Shown: positions 53,099-63,469 of the stretch, in pieces
How the letters are laid out: every line of letters begins with the position of its first letter
How positions within the stretch are numbered: the first letter of the stretch is position 1
Origin: a virus
Direction: 5' to 3' (one strand)
DNA length: 64,000 bases
IMG/VR virus record: IMGVR_UViG_3300027777_000023
Location: 96,001 to 160,000 of that record
Made by a program: the position numbers and the translations under genes
Notes under the pieces: model-generated
Databases searched by the model: none
Seen by the model: the letters and a program-made list of their open reading frames with translations, nothing else
Told to the model about the DNA's origin: nothing

Positions 53099-54226
53099 TT
53101 ATTGTGCTTTGTAGGCCAGACTAGCCAACACAGGAACGCTTGACTCTACCAAACTTCTTATTCTGCGATTTTGAAGTTTTGCAGGATCTCTGCGAATTTC
53201 TTCGGCTCTTTCAGGGTGAAGTTCGTCAATTATATGATGTACTCCACGGGCTGCTATATAGTGGCCGATGAACGAACGTAGCGGATGTTCTGCATTTTCA
53301 TTTACATAATCATTAAGATAGCCGGAAGCTGTGTTTTTAGCATTCACCATGAGATTTGCAAGACTGTTGCTGTCGTAGCTTGCAATTTTTTGACCTTCAT
53401 CAGATGCAGCATCTACTAGCGCAGCAGGATCAACATGAATATTTTCAGTCTGCTGATTTCCCAAAGACTCTTTCATTGCTTTGAGCTTTTGTGCAAATTT
53501 CTTTGCTGGACTATATCTCCAATTTTGGCCCCCTTCGTGCTGCAACATAAAAGTAGGATTATGGCTTCCGTTAGCCAATGTCATATATATGTTGTCAGGG
53601 CTGCTTCGGTGAATCTGTGCTGTACCTTTGTTTAAAGCATCATTTTCAAAATTAAGAATATTGTCATCAGCTAGTCTGGATACCTTTGAATCTTCTGCGG
53701 GATACTCCTCAGGAAGTCCTCCAAAACTATATACCAGATTACCGTCAGATAACCTTAAACCGTCCTTGGTGCGAACATATTTCCACTTAGCCTGATTAGA
53801 CAGGGTGGGTAGTATATTTTCGTTCACGGGCATACCCTCAAGATCCACAGCTAGCTTTACCTCTGGTTGCACGGGTGAGGGTAATGGTTGATTTTGTACT
53901 CCTTTAAATGCGTCCTGGTTTTTATTAATAATCTTCAACAAAGTGTCGTCTGGGGCAGTCTTTATCTTTTCTTGTACCGCCGCAGGATTATTCGTGTTCT
54001 TGTCTAGAAAGCCTCGTACCAACGAACCTGAGAAAGGTACACCCGGAATGTTCCAGGAATGCTGCTGCGCATTTTGCATGAACTGCGGAAAGTTTACTTT
54101 GTTTTGACGAAACCGAGACAATAGTTGTTCTGGTGTTTCACCAGGTATTTTTGTTTGAAGATCGGCCGTCTTTTGCAGCTCTTCAGAAACACCTAGATAG
54201 AATGCTGGAAGGTTTAGATCAATCAT
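53099..54226 (-). CDS. Putative virion protein with K-x-A motifs
   Basis: AFYLGVSEELQKTAD; VKLAV; QKIAS. Confidence 0.7.
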   Translation of the reverse strand: MIDLNLPAFYLGVSEELQKTADLQTKIPGETPEQLLSRFRQNKVNFPQFMQNAQQHSWNIPGVPFSGSLVRGFLDKNTNNPAAVQEKIKTAPDDTLLKIINKNQDAFKGVQNQPLPSPVQPEVKLAVDLEGMPVNENILPTLSNQAKWKYVRTKDGLRLSDGNLVYSFGGLPEEYPAEDSKVSRLADDNILNFENDALNKGTAQIHRSSPDNIYMTLANGSHNPTFMLQHEGGQNWRYSPAKKFAQKLKAMKESLGNQQTENIHVDPAALVDAASDEGQKIASYDSNSLANLMVNAKNTASGYLNDYVNENAEHPLRSFIGHYIAARGVHHIIDELHPERAEEIRRDPAKLQNRRIRSLVESSVPVLASLAYKAQ

Positions 54227-54229
54227 ACT

Positions 54230-56065
54230 CTAATTTCCTGCTGCAACGTTTCCATTAGCGTCGTAACCCATATTATGCTCAGGGCTTATAGGAGAAACTT
54301 CGACCAGAGGATGTGCTTTGTTGTGTGCTCCTGTGAGCAAAGGAACTTTATTGTGCCCAAATCCCGGTTGATCCTTCCAATGATTCATTGCGCTAGATAG
54401 TCCTCCTGAGCCTAGAAGGCCTCCTATGGCAGGGAAGATGAACTTTCCGGCCCCTTCATCCATACCCAGCAAATTAGCGAGGCCTAGACCTCCTCCTGCT
54501 CCAAGAATACCACCAAGCAGACGATTGTCCACATTGGGAATTATCTGATGTCTGTTTGTAAGTTCTCCTGTAATGTCTGTAGGGCTTGATAGTTCTTTTA
54601 GATAATCTCCCACAGGTTTAATAGCTTTTGCAATGGGTTGAACAAACCCTCCCAGGTCAAAAGCTTCTTTCATCATACCCTCTAGAAAGTCTTCGTTAGC
54701 ACCTTCTTTGCGTAGCTGATCGAACACACCCTGCCAGATCAACTCATAGTCTTCATAGCTGGCTGTCTTGTTTGGTTGGACGGGTTGCGGAGCTGACGTT
54801 GTGTTTGCTGGAATGGGTTTAGGCACATTAAGATTTGGTTGTGGTGCTTCTCCTCCTCCTGTGCCGATGTTTAGCTTGATCGGTGTATTGAATGCTGTGC
54901 TTACAACTTTGGGTGTTGTCGGAGCAGGTGCAGGCTGCTCATGAGGAAGTCCATGGTCATCGCCATTACTGCTGTCGTACGGATTTGTTGGTGTAGGACT
55001 GCTTGCCAGGTTGGTTGGAGAAATTTGAATGTTTGGCGGTGCGGGAGCAGACTGTTCATGAGGAAGTCCAGGGTCGGGGCTTTGATTGCTGTTGTACGGA
55101 TTTCCTTGTGGGGCTACAGGAGCCGATTGCGTTGGTGCTGCAGGTTGCGCTGGGGCAGCGTTGCGATTTGCTGCAAACCTATCGTAGTGCTTCATCAACC
55201 CAGCAGGATCGTTCTCCATATGCTGCCGATAGTTGTCACCATATGTGGATTTTAAGCTAGATATGAATTCTTGGTTGTCCTTATGATTAGCATCAGCCAG
55301 ATTAGGATTCTTTTGAAGTAGTTGCTGCTTGGCCTGAACATAGTCTGCAGCTCTGTTAGTTCCACGAGTCATGTTTCCGTAAGCTTGATTAACCTCTGGG
55401 GCATAGCCTTGAGTTTGATAGCTTTGATTGACTTGCCTGAGAGCTTGTGGGTTAGCGTTGAATCCTTGAGCGACGTCTGCTTGTTGTCGAGCATTTCTTA
55501 ACTGGTTCACATACTCGTTAGCCTTTGTGGCCTCGTCGTACTGTTGATCTTTTAAAAACGGACTAGGAGCCTTCGGGATCGAAGGCATGTTGTCCTGCGT
55601 ACCTATGGGCGCCTGCGGTGTATAGGTCTGACGAATGTGATTAGCCATTTGAGACGCACGCTCCTGGCGAGCCTGCATATTCTGATATGGATTTTCGCGC
55701 TGAGGACGAACACCTGTAGGTCTGCCCCAATTGCCGTTGAGATCCACGTAAGCTTCTTTCAGCATTTCTCTCAGCAAACTTCCTGCTTTTTGAACTCTGA
55801 CTGGTTTTGGAACTACCGGTGCAGGAGTGATCGGTGGAACCACTGGTTTTGCTGCTCCGGCTTCGAAGTTCAAGCGTCCTCCTCCTTTCATAAAGTCGTC
55901 CGTATTGACACCCCACTCCTGCAACTGCTGTGGAGTTGCTCGCTGACTCACCCACGGTCTCTCTGTTGATGGGTATTCCGCTGGGATTGGATTCGGTGTG
56001 GGTAGGGGTTTTGTCACTGGCGAACGGTTCCCCGCAAGCTTTGATAGTAGGTTTAACCTTAGCAT
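54230..56065 (-). CDS. Putative internal virion protein (K-x-A motifs, Pro/Gln/Asn-rich, glycine zipper)
   Basis: SKLAG, QKAG, LKEAY, NKTAS, MKEAF; internal repeat NPY(N/D)S..(P/D)D(P/H)GLPHEQ.APAP. Confidence 0.75.
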   Translation of the reverse strand: MLRLNLLSKLAGNRSPVTKPLPTPNPIPAEYPSTERPWVSQRATPQQLQEWGVNTDDFMKGGGRLNFEAGAAKPVVPPITPAPVVPKPVRVQKAGSLLREMLKEAYVDLNGNWGRPTGVRPQRENPYQNMQARQERASQMANHIRQTYTPQAPIGTQDNMPSIPKAPSPFLKDQQYDEATKANEYVNQLRNARQQADVAQGFNANPQALRQVNQSYQTQGYAPEVNQAYGNMTRGTNRAADYVQAKQQLLQKNPNLADANHKDNQEFISSLKSTYGDNYRQHMENDPAGLMKHYDRFAANRNAAPAQPAAPTQSAPVAPQGNPYNSNQSPDPGLPHEQSAPAPPNIQISPTNLASSPTPTNPYDSSNGDDHGLPHEQPAPAPTTPKVVSTAFNTPIKLNIGTGGGEAPQPNLNVPKPIPANTTSAPQPVQPNKTASYEDYELIWQGVFDQLRKEGANEDFLEGMMKEAFDLGGFVQPIAKAIKPVGDYLKELSSPTDITGELTNRHQIIPNVDNRLLGGILGAGGGLGLANLLGMDEGAGKFIFPAIGGLLGSGGLSSAMNHWKDQPGFGHNKVPLLTGAHNKAHPLVEVSPISPEHNMGYDANGNVAAGN

Positions 56066-57320
56066 TTGAAAGTTTTCTAGGTGTAGTTTTTTCTATTCTA
56101 CCGAGTTTACCTTTCTTTTGCAACAAAGGATGCTTGTAATTCTCCCTTTCCTCTGCCTTGGGAATGTGACTGTGCCCCATACGACGCACAGCTACCCTGC
56201 AGAGAGTTTTGTTTTCACCCTTGCCTTTGAGTACTTCGTGGCTTTTGAAAAGTTCGATGAGAGTATGATATGTTTCTACCACCAGGCGGTTGAGATCCTC
56301 TACGTTTTCAGCTCTAATTTCACGAGCATACTGAGAAACCAGACTGTATGCCCTGTGAAGATAGCTAAAGCTCTTTTCTATAGCTTCAGAGGATCTAGCC
56401 ACTCTGGGAGAGTCTTTTTTAGTTGAGTCTGTTCGATCGATTCTCATTCGACGATCAGGATTTTTCAGATTGAACACCTTTTCCAGCTCTAGAACCTTTC
56501 TTTCTTCACCCTCAGGATCAATCTCGTTAGAGGGAAGAAAGAAGATGAGATGAGTATGAGGACGATATTTTTGAGAGAGTATGCTGTCTACACTGATTTC
56601 ATGACTGTAGCTATAGCTGTAGATCTTTTTGTGTTTAGACAGCTTTGTGAAGTATTCTGAGTTCTTTTTAAAGAACGCTAGATACTTTTCTTGATCAGGC
56701 TTTCTATAGGACTCGTCGCTAGAGATCACAGCCTGATAGGCAACAAAGCCAGCTTTGAATAGAGCTTCAACAGAATAGGTCTTGCAGAACTTCTTATGGG
56801 CCCGTGCACAGCTTTTTGGATCAACAGTGCGGTTGTCTACGCAAACACTGCTATAGCTGTTGTAGGCAGTGTCTGGATCGCGTAGATTGCTGGATATAGC
56901 ATCCTTTCCGTTGTTGAGAATGTTTGTCATGTCGCAACCAATGCTTAAGAGCAAGTGAGCTTCTAGATCTAGCTTTTTTAGACCAAACCTATTGCTGTTG
57001 GTTTTGTCTGAGAGAATGAGAGAACGAAGATTTAACTGAGCATCTCTAGAGAGTAGTTCCCAGTGAGAGACGAGACTATTAACACAAAGCCAGTTAAGAC
57101 TGTGATGAGAGTATACAGGCTTATCGCTTTTTACAGAGCAACTACTAGAGCTTAGGCTAGCGCAACTAGACTTAAATCTCGCTACCGCTTCTTTTGAGGG
57201 TTTAGCTACAGGACCATAAAGGAACTCTTCACTGTAGTTGTCATTATGGGCCAGCCTATCTTTTATGCGATAGACGTGGGTTTTCTTTGCCTCTGTGCTT
57301 TTTTCTATAGTCGTCTGCAT
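55641..57320 (-). CDS. HUH-superfamily rolling-circle Rep-like endonuclease (3' end overlaps next gene)
   Basis: ATG at 57320; C...DPKSCAR cluster, YQAVIS strand, HEIS....KYRPHTHLIFF (HUH motif II-like), EKSFSYLHR (catalytic Tyr-like). Confidence 0.6.
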   Translation of the reverse strand: MQTTIEKSTEAKKTHVYRIKDRLAHNDNYSEEFLYGPVAKPSKEAVARFKSSCASLSSSSCSVKSDKPVYSHHSLNWLCVNSLVSHWELLSRDAQLNLRSLILSDKTNSNRFGLKKLDLEAHLLLSIGCDMTNILNNGKDAISSNLRDPDTAYNSYSSVCVDNRTVDPKSCARAHKKFCKTYSVEALFKAGFVAYQAVISSDESYRKPDQEKYLAFFKKNSEYFTKLSKHKKIYSYSYSHEISVDSILSQKYRPHTHLIFFLPSNEIDPEGEERKVLELEKVFNLKNPDRRMRIDRTDSTKKDSPRVARSSEAIEKSFSYLHRAYSLVSQYAREIRAENVEDLNRLVVETYHTLIELFKSHEVLKGKGENKTLCRVAVRRMGHSHIPKAEERENYKHPLLQKKGKLGRIEKTTPRKLSNAKVKPTIKACGEPFASDKTPTHTESNPSGIPINRETVGESASNSTAVAGVGCQYGRLYERRRTLELRSRSSKTSGSTDHSCTGSSKTSQSSKSRKFAERNAERSLRGSQRQLGQTYRCSSSARKSISEYAGSPGACVSNG

Positions 57321-57570
57321 ACGTGCCTGTACTAGATATATACTTTGAGAGAGGTTAAAGGTCACTATGTTTTTGCTTGTGGGTACTAGAGAGAATTTAT
57401 AGGGTGAGTCTTTAGTTTAGAGAAGGGGATTGGTTAGTGAGTTAGTAGAGGGATAAGGGAGGGTATATAGAACAACTATCAACAGTATAGGGAGTACATG
57501 GTTTTTTCGGGAGGTGCTTGTTGCTTCGCTGGGACAGTTGTGTTATAGTTCCCTTAACGTAACCCTACTT

Positions 57571-57906
57571 ATGCGCCCCATAGAAAAGATAAAAAGTATT
57601 ACCATACGGAACAAACGCTACAAGTTTGTGGTAAAAAAACTGCGACATGCCAGAGGCAGAACAGAACACCCAGACACTAAAAACAAGACAGTGTATATAG
57701 ACTCTAGAGAAAAAGGCAAAGCGTTGCTGTCCACGCTTATTGATGAGCTCATACATTGCGCTATCTGGGATATACAGAACGAGATCGTGGATGAGATCTC
57801 TGACGGCATGGCCGATGTGTTGTGGCGCTGTGGACTGAGGTTTACAGACGAGACGGATGAAACCCTGGAAAGCACAACATCAACATATGTCTCTAAAAAC
57901 CTTTAA
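57571..57906 (+). CDS. Small zincin-like protein with DExxH in place of HExxH
   Basis: STLIDELIHCA; ATG at 57571 after TGTTATAGT. Confidence 0.55.
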   Translation: MRPIEKIKSITIRNKRYKFVVKKLRHARGRTEHPDTKNKTVYIDSREKGKALLSTLIDELIHCAIWDIQNEIVDEISDGMADVLWRCGLRFTDETDETLESTTSTYVSKNL

Positions 57907-60883
57907 ATTTGCCCTAGTTCACGGCAAGCTTACAAAAGTGCCAAAGTCGCAGAAGTCGAAATATAGCATGATCGACCCTTCGCACTTCTTCAGCCCTGTA
58001 ACTAATCTTATTCCAGGACTCAGCTCAGTATCAGGTGCACGCGTACTAATCGGTGACAAGTCTTCGCTGCAGGCCATGACACTCACCAATCGTGAGGCTC
58101 CTCTGGTGCAGGCAGCGCCCAAAGCCGGAGGCGGAGACAGTTTTGCAAAGCAGTTTGGTAAACTTGTGAGTATTTCTGCAAAGACTGACGGCGTGGTATC
58201 TAAAATCGAGGACGACCACATGATCGTCAAAGACTCGGCAGGTAAAGAACATCATCACGACCGCTACAATAATTACATCATAGGGCGTGAAAGCTATATT
58301 CACCATACACCTAACGTAAAGGTTGGCGATAAAGTTAAAGAAGGACAACTACTGGCAACATCCAACTACTCTGACCATGAAGGCACATTATCATTAGGGA
58401 TGAACCTTAAAACAGCCATCATGCCGTTCAGATCTTTGAATTTCGAAGATTCTTTGGCCATATCTGAGTCAGCAGCTAAAAAATTGGAAGGGGAGCAGCT
58501 TATTCCTGTGCGTATGGAAATTGCTAGAGGGATCTCTACCGACAAAGACAGGTACATCTCTTTATTTCCAAACAAATACTACAACGACCAGCTCTCACAC
58601 ATAGACAGTCATGGTGTGGTGAAGAAAGGTACCGTATTGAAACACGGAGATCCGATCATCCTAGCTTTTCAACCTAAAACACTAAAGTCCCTTGATATCC
58701 AGCTAGGCAAACTGTCCAAAGTTATTCGTAACGCTTTCTCAGACATTTCAGTGGCCTGGGAGTATGAGTATGAGGGTGTGGTGACGGATACTTCAGCCAG
58801 TGGCGGTCTTGTGGCTGTGACAGTAAAAACAAAAAGACCCATGAGTCATGGCGACAAGCTCAACATGCCTTTTGGTGCAAAAGGAGTAGTAAGTATTGTT
58901 CCAGACACGCAAATGCCTCAAGGCGAAGACGGCAAACCTGTGGATGTGTTGTTGAATTCCATGAGTATCACTAGTCGTGTTGCTCCGGGTTTGGTGAATG
59001 CAATTGGTTTGGGTAAGCTGGCCCAAAAGCAGGGCAAAGCACTTACAATGACAGGTTTCACCGAAGGTTCAGCTGTCCAGAAAGTGATTGATATTTTGGA
59101 CAAGCACGGAATAAAAGATACCGAGAAGCTTTATGATCCTTTGTCTGGTAAGCACGTTGAAGTACTCACAGGTCCTCTGTATTTTAATCGTTTGCACCAT
59201 ATCGCAGAAGACAAGATATCCGCAAGATCGGCGGCCACGACGTATGATATCAATATGCAGCCTTCAAAGGCAGGCTCGCACGAGAAAGCTAAGCGTATAG
59301 GTAATTTGGCAACAACTGTTGCCCTATCCAACGACGCCAAAGCAGTGCTCAGAGATATTGCCACAGTCAGAGCAACAAAGAACGACGACTTTTGGACAGC
59401 TTTGAAGCTCGGTTTGCCGCCACCTCCACAAAAAGTACCGTTCATATTTGATAAATTTATAGGTCACCTCAAGGGGGCTGGTGTTAATGTACAGCAGGAT
59501 GGATCTAAATTTCATATCATGCCGCAGACAGATAAAGATATTGTGGCGATGTCTCAGGGAGAAATTAAAGAACCTCTAACGTACAAAATTAGAAAAGATT
59601 CTCTTATCGAAGAAGAACACGGGCTTTTTGATCCGTCGTTGGTGGGTATCCATGGCGATAATTTTAATCATATAAGCTTAAACCATAGAATTCCTAATCC
59701 TATGGCCGAGGATCATCTGCGCAAGCTTTTGAAGATGACCAAAAATGCGTACGAGGAAGCAGCCGCATCAGGCTCGATCGAGAAAGACCTTAAAAAGATC
59801 AACGTTGACGAAAAGATCGCAGAACTCAAAAAGGTCATAGGGCTAAAAAAGAAAACCGGTAGAGACGACGCAATTAAATCTCTCAGCTTTCTAACGATGC
59901 TAAAGCAGCACAATCTAAAGCCTGAGGATATGTTGTTGTCTAAGATCCCGGTGATTCCTGCGCAATATCGCCCTGTTATGGTTCAGGGGGATCAGGCACT
60001 GACTGCAGACGTTAATGAGCTATATAAGGATTTAATCATGGTGAATAAATCTTTTGGGGCAGCCAAAGATTCTCCTGACGTTGATCCGGAACACCTCAGT
60101 ACAGCAAAGAAGCAGATATATAATGGTGTTAAAGCTGTTTTTGGTTTAGGTGGACCTATCAACCAGAAGAGTATTGAGAAAGGCTACAAAGGATTATTGG
60201 CTTCTGCTCTGGGTTTGCAGGGAGGCTCGGCCAAAGAAAGTATGTTTCAGGCAAAGGTGGTTAATAAGCCTATTGATCTTGTAGGTCGAGCTGTTTTGCT
60301 GCCGGACTCTAATCTAGATCTAAATCAAAGCAGTATTCCTCAATCTGTAGCGTGGAGCATTTATTCCCCTTTTGTGATTCGGCGTATGGTTCGCATGGGA
60401 ATTCCAGCAACGAAAGCCAGAGAATATCTAGAACACAAACACCCATTAGCGTTACAGGCACTGCATGAAGAGATGGCTGATCGTCCAGGAATCGTTACGC
60501 GAGATCCCCAGCTGTCTAAATACAACTTCCAGGGAATGTATTTGAAGATGAATCCTGATCCCAAGGATTTCTCTATCAAACTAAACCCTCTCGTGTTTAA
60601 GGGATATGGGGCGGACAGTGACGGCGATCAACTCAACGTACAGGTTCCTGCATCAGAAGAAGCAAAGGAAGAAGTCAAGGAGAAGTTATTGCCGGAAAAG
60701 AACTTAATTTATCACCGCACTTTCTCACCAATTTACACTCCCTCGAATGAAGCTGCAACAGGCTTATTTGCTGCTAGTTTTGAGGATAAGAAAAATCAAC
60801 CAAAGAAATATCACTCAGAGCAAGAAGTAGTTAGAGACTTTCTTGCTGGTAAATTAGATATTGGTGACAGGGTAGAAATATAG
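57887..60883 (+). CDS. RNA polymerase beta C-terminal / beta-prime N-terminal fusion carrying the catalytic DxDGD
   Basis: beta: LSLGMNLKTAIMPFRSLNFEDS, GDKL..FGAKGVV, GPLYFNRLHHIAEDKISARS. beta': IPVIPAQYRP, KPIDLVGRAV, RDPQL, LNPLVFKGYGADSDGDQLNVQVP. Confidence 0.93.
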   Translation: MSLKTFKFALVHGKLTKVPKSQKSKYSMIDPSHFFSPVTNLIPGLSSVSGARVLIGDKSSLQAMTLTNREAPLVQAAPKAGGGDSFAKQFGKLVSISAKTDGVVSKIEDDHMIVKDSAGKEHHHDRYNNYIIGRESYIHHTPNVKVGDKVKEGQLLATSNYSDHEGTLSLGMNLKTAIMPFRSLNFEDSLAISESAAKKLEGEQLIPVRMEIARGISTDKDRYISLFPNKYYNDQLSHIDSHGVVKKGTVLKHGDPIILAFQPKTLKSLDIQLGKLSKVIRNAFSDISVAWEYEYEGVVTDTSASGGLVAVTVKTKRPMSHGDKLNMPFGAKGVVSIVPDTQMPQGEDGKPVDVLLNSMSITSRVAPGLVNAIGLGKLAQKQGKALTMTGFTEGSAVQKVIDILDKHGIKDTEKLYDPLSGKHVEVLTGPLYFNRLHHIAEDKISARSAATTYDINMQPSKAGSHEKAKRIGNLATTVALSNDAKAVLRDIATVRATKNDDFWTALKLGLPPPPQKVPFIFDKFIGHLKGAGVNVQQDGSKFHIMPQTDKDIVAMSQGEIKEPLTYKIRKDSLIEEEHGLFDPSLVGIHGDNFNHISLNHRIPNPMAEDHLRKLLKMTKNAYEEAAASGSIEKDLKKINVDEKIAELKKVIGLKKKTGRDDAIKSLSFLTMLKQHNLKPEDMLLSKIPVIPAQYRPVMVQGDQALTADVNELYKDLIMVNKSFGAAKDSPDVDPEHLSTAKKQIYNGVKAVFGLGGPINQKSIEKGYKGLLASALGLQGGSAKESMFQAKVVNKPIDLVGRAVLLPDSNLDLNQSSIPQSVAWSIYSPFVIRRMVRMGIPATKAREYLEHKHPLALQALHEEMADRPGIVTRDPQLSKYNFQGMYLKMNPDPKDFSIKLNPLVFKGYGADSDGDQLNVQVPASEEAKEEVKEKLLPEKNLIYHRTFSPIYTPSNEAATGLFAASFEDKKNQPKKYHSEQEVVRDFLAGKLDIGDRVEI

Positions 60884-60886
60884 CTG

Positions 60887-60914
60887 TTGACATCCCACCT
60901 ATCCTTTGTATACT
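60887..60914 (+). promoter_or_regulatory. Sigma70 promoter TTGACA-N16-TATACT, leaderless
   Basis: Perfect -35; ATG at 60921 is 6 nt after the -10 box. Confidence 0.75.
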
Positions 60915-60920
60915 GGAGGG

Positions 60921-62351
60921 ATGCTAGACATTCAAGGAACACTATCGCGGTTTGGTTACGACCCAGGAACGCTAAAGAGATACTCAGAGCGTCCTGTGCT
61001 GATATTATGCGATTATTGTGATAAATCGCACGAAACACTGTATTGCAGATACGCCAATAATAATAACATGACCTGCGGCAGCAAAGACTGCAGGAACAAG
61101 TTAACCGAGAAAACCTGTCTCGTTAAGTATGGTACAAAGCACCACCTAGCTTCTGAGGAGGTGAAGGTTAGACGAAAGCACAGCAATATAGCTAAGTATG
61201 GTGTTGCGCATATCGCTCAAGTGGTTGAAATACGTGAGAAGATAAAGGAATCTAATGTGTGTACTTATACAGAAAAAGACGCAGACGGTAATTCCGTGGT
61301 TGTGGAAAAAATCAAAAAAACACATAGAGCCAGGTACGGTGTAGATTTCGCCATCAACAGAGCAGACATTCGAGAAAAGGCCAAAGCTTCAACCAAACTC
61401 AGTTGCGGTGTTGAAAACCCATTCAACTCATCTACGTGTATGCTGAAAGCAGTGGAAACTAAAATAGCGCGTTACGGTACAGCTCATCCAAGTAATTGTT
61501 ATGGTAAGGCGCAGCAAGAATTGGCAGATTGGCTTTTGGCAATTTCAGGTAAAGAGTTCAAAGCAGATTTTAAAATACTCAAAGGAAAAGAAATTGATTT
61601 GTATAATGAGGAGCTGCGGTTAGGTGTAGAGTATTGCGGCTTATATTGGCATACAGAAGATTCAAGAACACCTCGCGATAGGAATTATCATATAGATAAA
61701 TTTAAAAGAGCTAAATCTCAGAATGTAAGACTTATCACAGTGTTTGAAGATGAGTGGGTATATAGACAGACTCAGGTTAAGAATTTTTTACGCTCTGTGC
61801 TAGGTGCAAATGAACATGTGGTTTATGCTAGAAAGTGTAGTGTGCGTGAGATAGTCGGCAGAGATGGTAGAGCTTTTTTTGACGCGCACCATATTCAAGG
61901 AGCCAACAATCTTGGTAAATATTTTGCAGGATTGTTTTATGAAGACAATCTATTGGCTGTGATGAGTTTTGGTCGCCACCATCGAAAATCTTCTCAATTA
62001 GTGTTGGATCGCTTTGCCGTTAGAGATAATTATAGCGTTGTCGGCGGAGCATCTAAACTATTTAAGTTTTTGCTCAGCTTGAGTGGTGTTGAAGAAGTTG
62101 TTAGTTGGTCAGACAACCGTTGGAGTTGGGGAGACGTGTACGTTCAGTTAGGGTTTCAATTAGAGGAATCTCTGGGACCGGACTACAGCTATGTAGATTT
62201 TTCCCACAATTGTCGAAGGTTATCCAAACAGTCTCAGCGCAAAAGTAAAACTAATTGCCCAGCAAACAAGACCGAAAAAGAATTTTCTAACTCTAAAAAC
62301 TTGCATAGATTGTGGGATTGCGGCAAGCTGAGGTGGATGTTTCGCAAATAA
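60921..62351 (+). mobile_element. Hef-like homing endonuclease (Zn finger, KYGV-type repeats, PD-(D/E)xK and C-terminal domain)
   Basis: CDYC/CGSKDC; KYGT, KYGV, RYGV, RYGT repeats; EIDLY...GVEYCGLYWH; HIQG...VGGASKL...SDNRW. Confidence 0.75.
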
Positions 62352-62377
62352 TCTTTATTTTTACGTTGTTTTAAGTT

Positions 62378-62578
62378 ATGCTTGAGGAAAATATATGGTT
62401 ACAGCTGAGTGATGACGAAAAATTCACTGAGCTGGAGACCTATTTAAACGAGCTTATTGAGATAGAGAAAGGTTGTCATGAACTAAGTAATACTGAGGGT
62501 CAGGGCAAACTCCCAAACATTAAAAAAACTTTAAACGACAAAATCTTTAAAATAATAGAACTGGAAAACGCAACATAA
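62378..62578 (+). CDS. Small hypothetical protein
   Basis: ATG ORF of 66 aa. Confidence 0.6.
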   Translation: MLEENIWLQLSDDEKFTELETYLNELIEIEKGCHELSNTEGQGKLPNIKKTLNDKIFKIIELENAT

Positions 62579-62579
62579 C

Positions 62580-63458
62580 ATGAAAATCTCAGAATTACTA
62601 GAAGACTACAGAAAGATTTCAAAAACAGCTAACGTCAAAAAGCTCACCAAGAAGGCGTTTATACCTAACCCTGACGTTATGGCTCAGCAGCAGCAAGCAC
62701 AACAACCTCAGCAAGGTGGTGCGCAGGGTCAGCCACCACAGCAAGGACAACCACAACCTCAGGGTGGCGGACAACCTCCGGCTCCTCAAGGCCAACCCCA
62801 GCCACCTCAAGCTCCTCCGCAACCGCCGCAGGCTCCGCAGCAACCTCAAGGACAACCGCAAGCGCAAGGTGGTGGTCCTATGGAACAGCTCATGGCGGAG
62901 GTTCAACAACTTTCCCCGGAAACACAACAACAGGTAGCTCCACTCATTCAACAGCTGCAGTCGATGCCTCCAGAGCAGCGAGACCAGCAAGCTATAGCAG
63001 TACTTCAGCAGCTCGAGGCACAACAACAACAGCAAGGCGCACCGCAGGGTGGAGGTATGGAGACGCAAGCCTCGATTGAAGATGAATATGCCGCAGCTAT
63101 GCAACAACAGGCTATGGGAGGTCAGCAAGGACAACCACAACCACCGCAACCGCAAGATATGCAACAGCAGGCCGCCCAGGACGCCGGTCAAGCAGAGGCT
63201 TCTGCGGTGGAAGCAAAGAATGAACTGGATAATGTGAAGGTCACCCTTACTGTGCGCGAACTTCTCGATTTGGTGGGCAAGGGCACTGCCACAGCATCAC
63301 TGCTCAAGGTCAAACAGCTTGCTGATACACATCAGCAGAAGATGGATCAGAGCAAACAAAAAGCAGACGCACAACAGCAACAGCAGACACAACAACAACA
63401 GCAAGACCAGCAGGGTATGATGGGTGGCGGAATTTACTCAGCACCGATGGGTAATTAA
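62580..63458 (+). CDS. Gln/Pro-rich low-complexity K-x-A protein (scaffold-like)
   Basis: SKTAN, TKKAF, then QP/QQ tracts. Confidence 0.75.
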   Translation: MKISELLEDYRKISKTANVKKLTKKAFIPNPDVMAQQQQAQQPQQGGAQGQPPQQGQPQPQGGGQPPAPQGQPQPPQAPPQPPQAPQQPQGQPQAQGGGPMEQLMAEVQQLSPETQQQVAPLIQQLQSMPPEQRDQQAIAVLQQLEAQQQQQGAPQGGGMETQASIEDEYAAAMQQQAMGGQQGQPQPPQPQDMQQQAAQDAGQAEASAVEAKNELDNVKVTLTVRELLDLVGKGTATASLLKVKQLADTHQQKMDQSKQKADAQQQQQTQQQQQDQQGMMGGGIYSAPMGN

Positions 63459-63469
63459 TTGTACATGAT

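Noticed and set aside
38289-60883. Inteins or introns in nrdA, nrdB or the RNAP genes
   Set aside because: Proteins are compact or shortened, with no splice motifs or interruptions visible.
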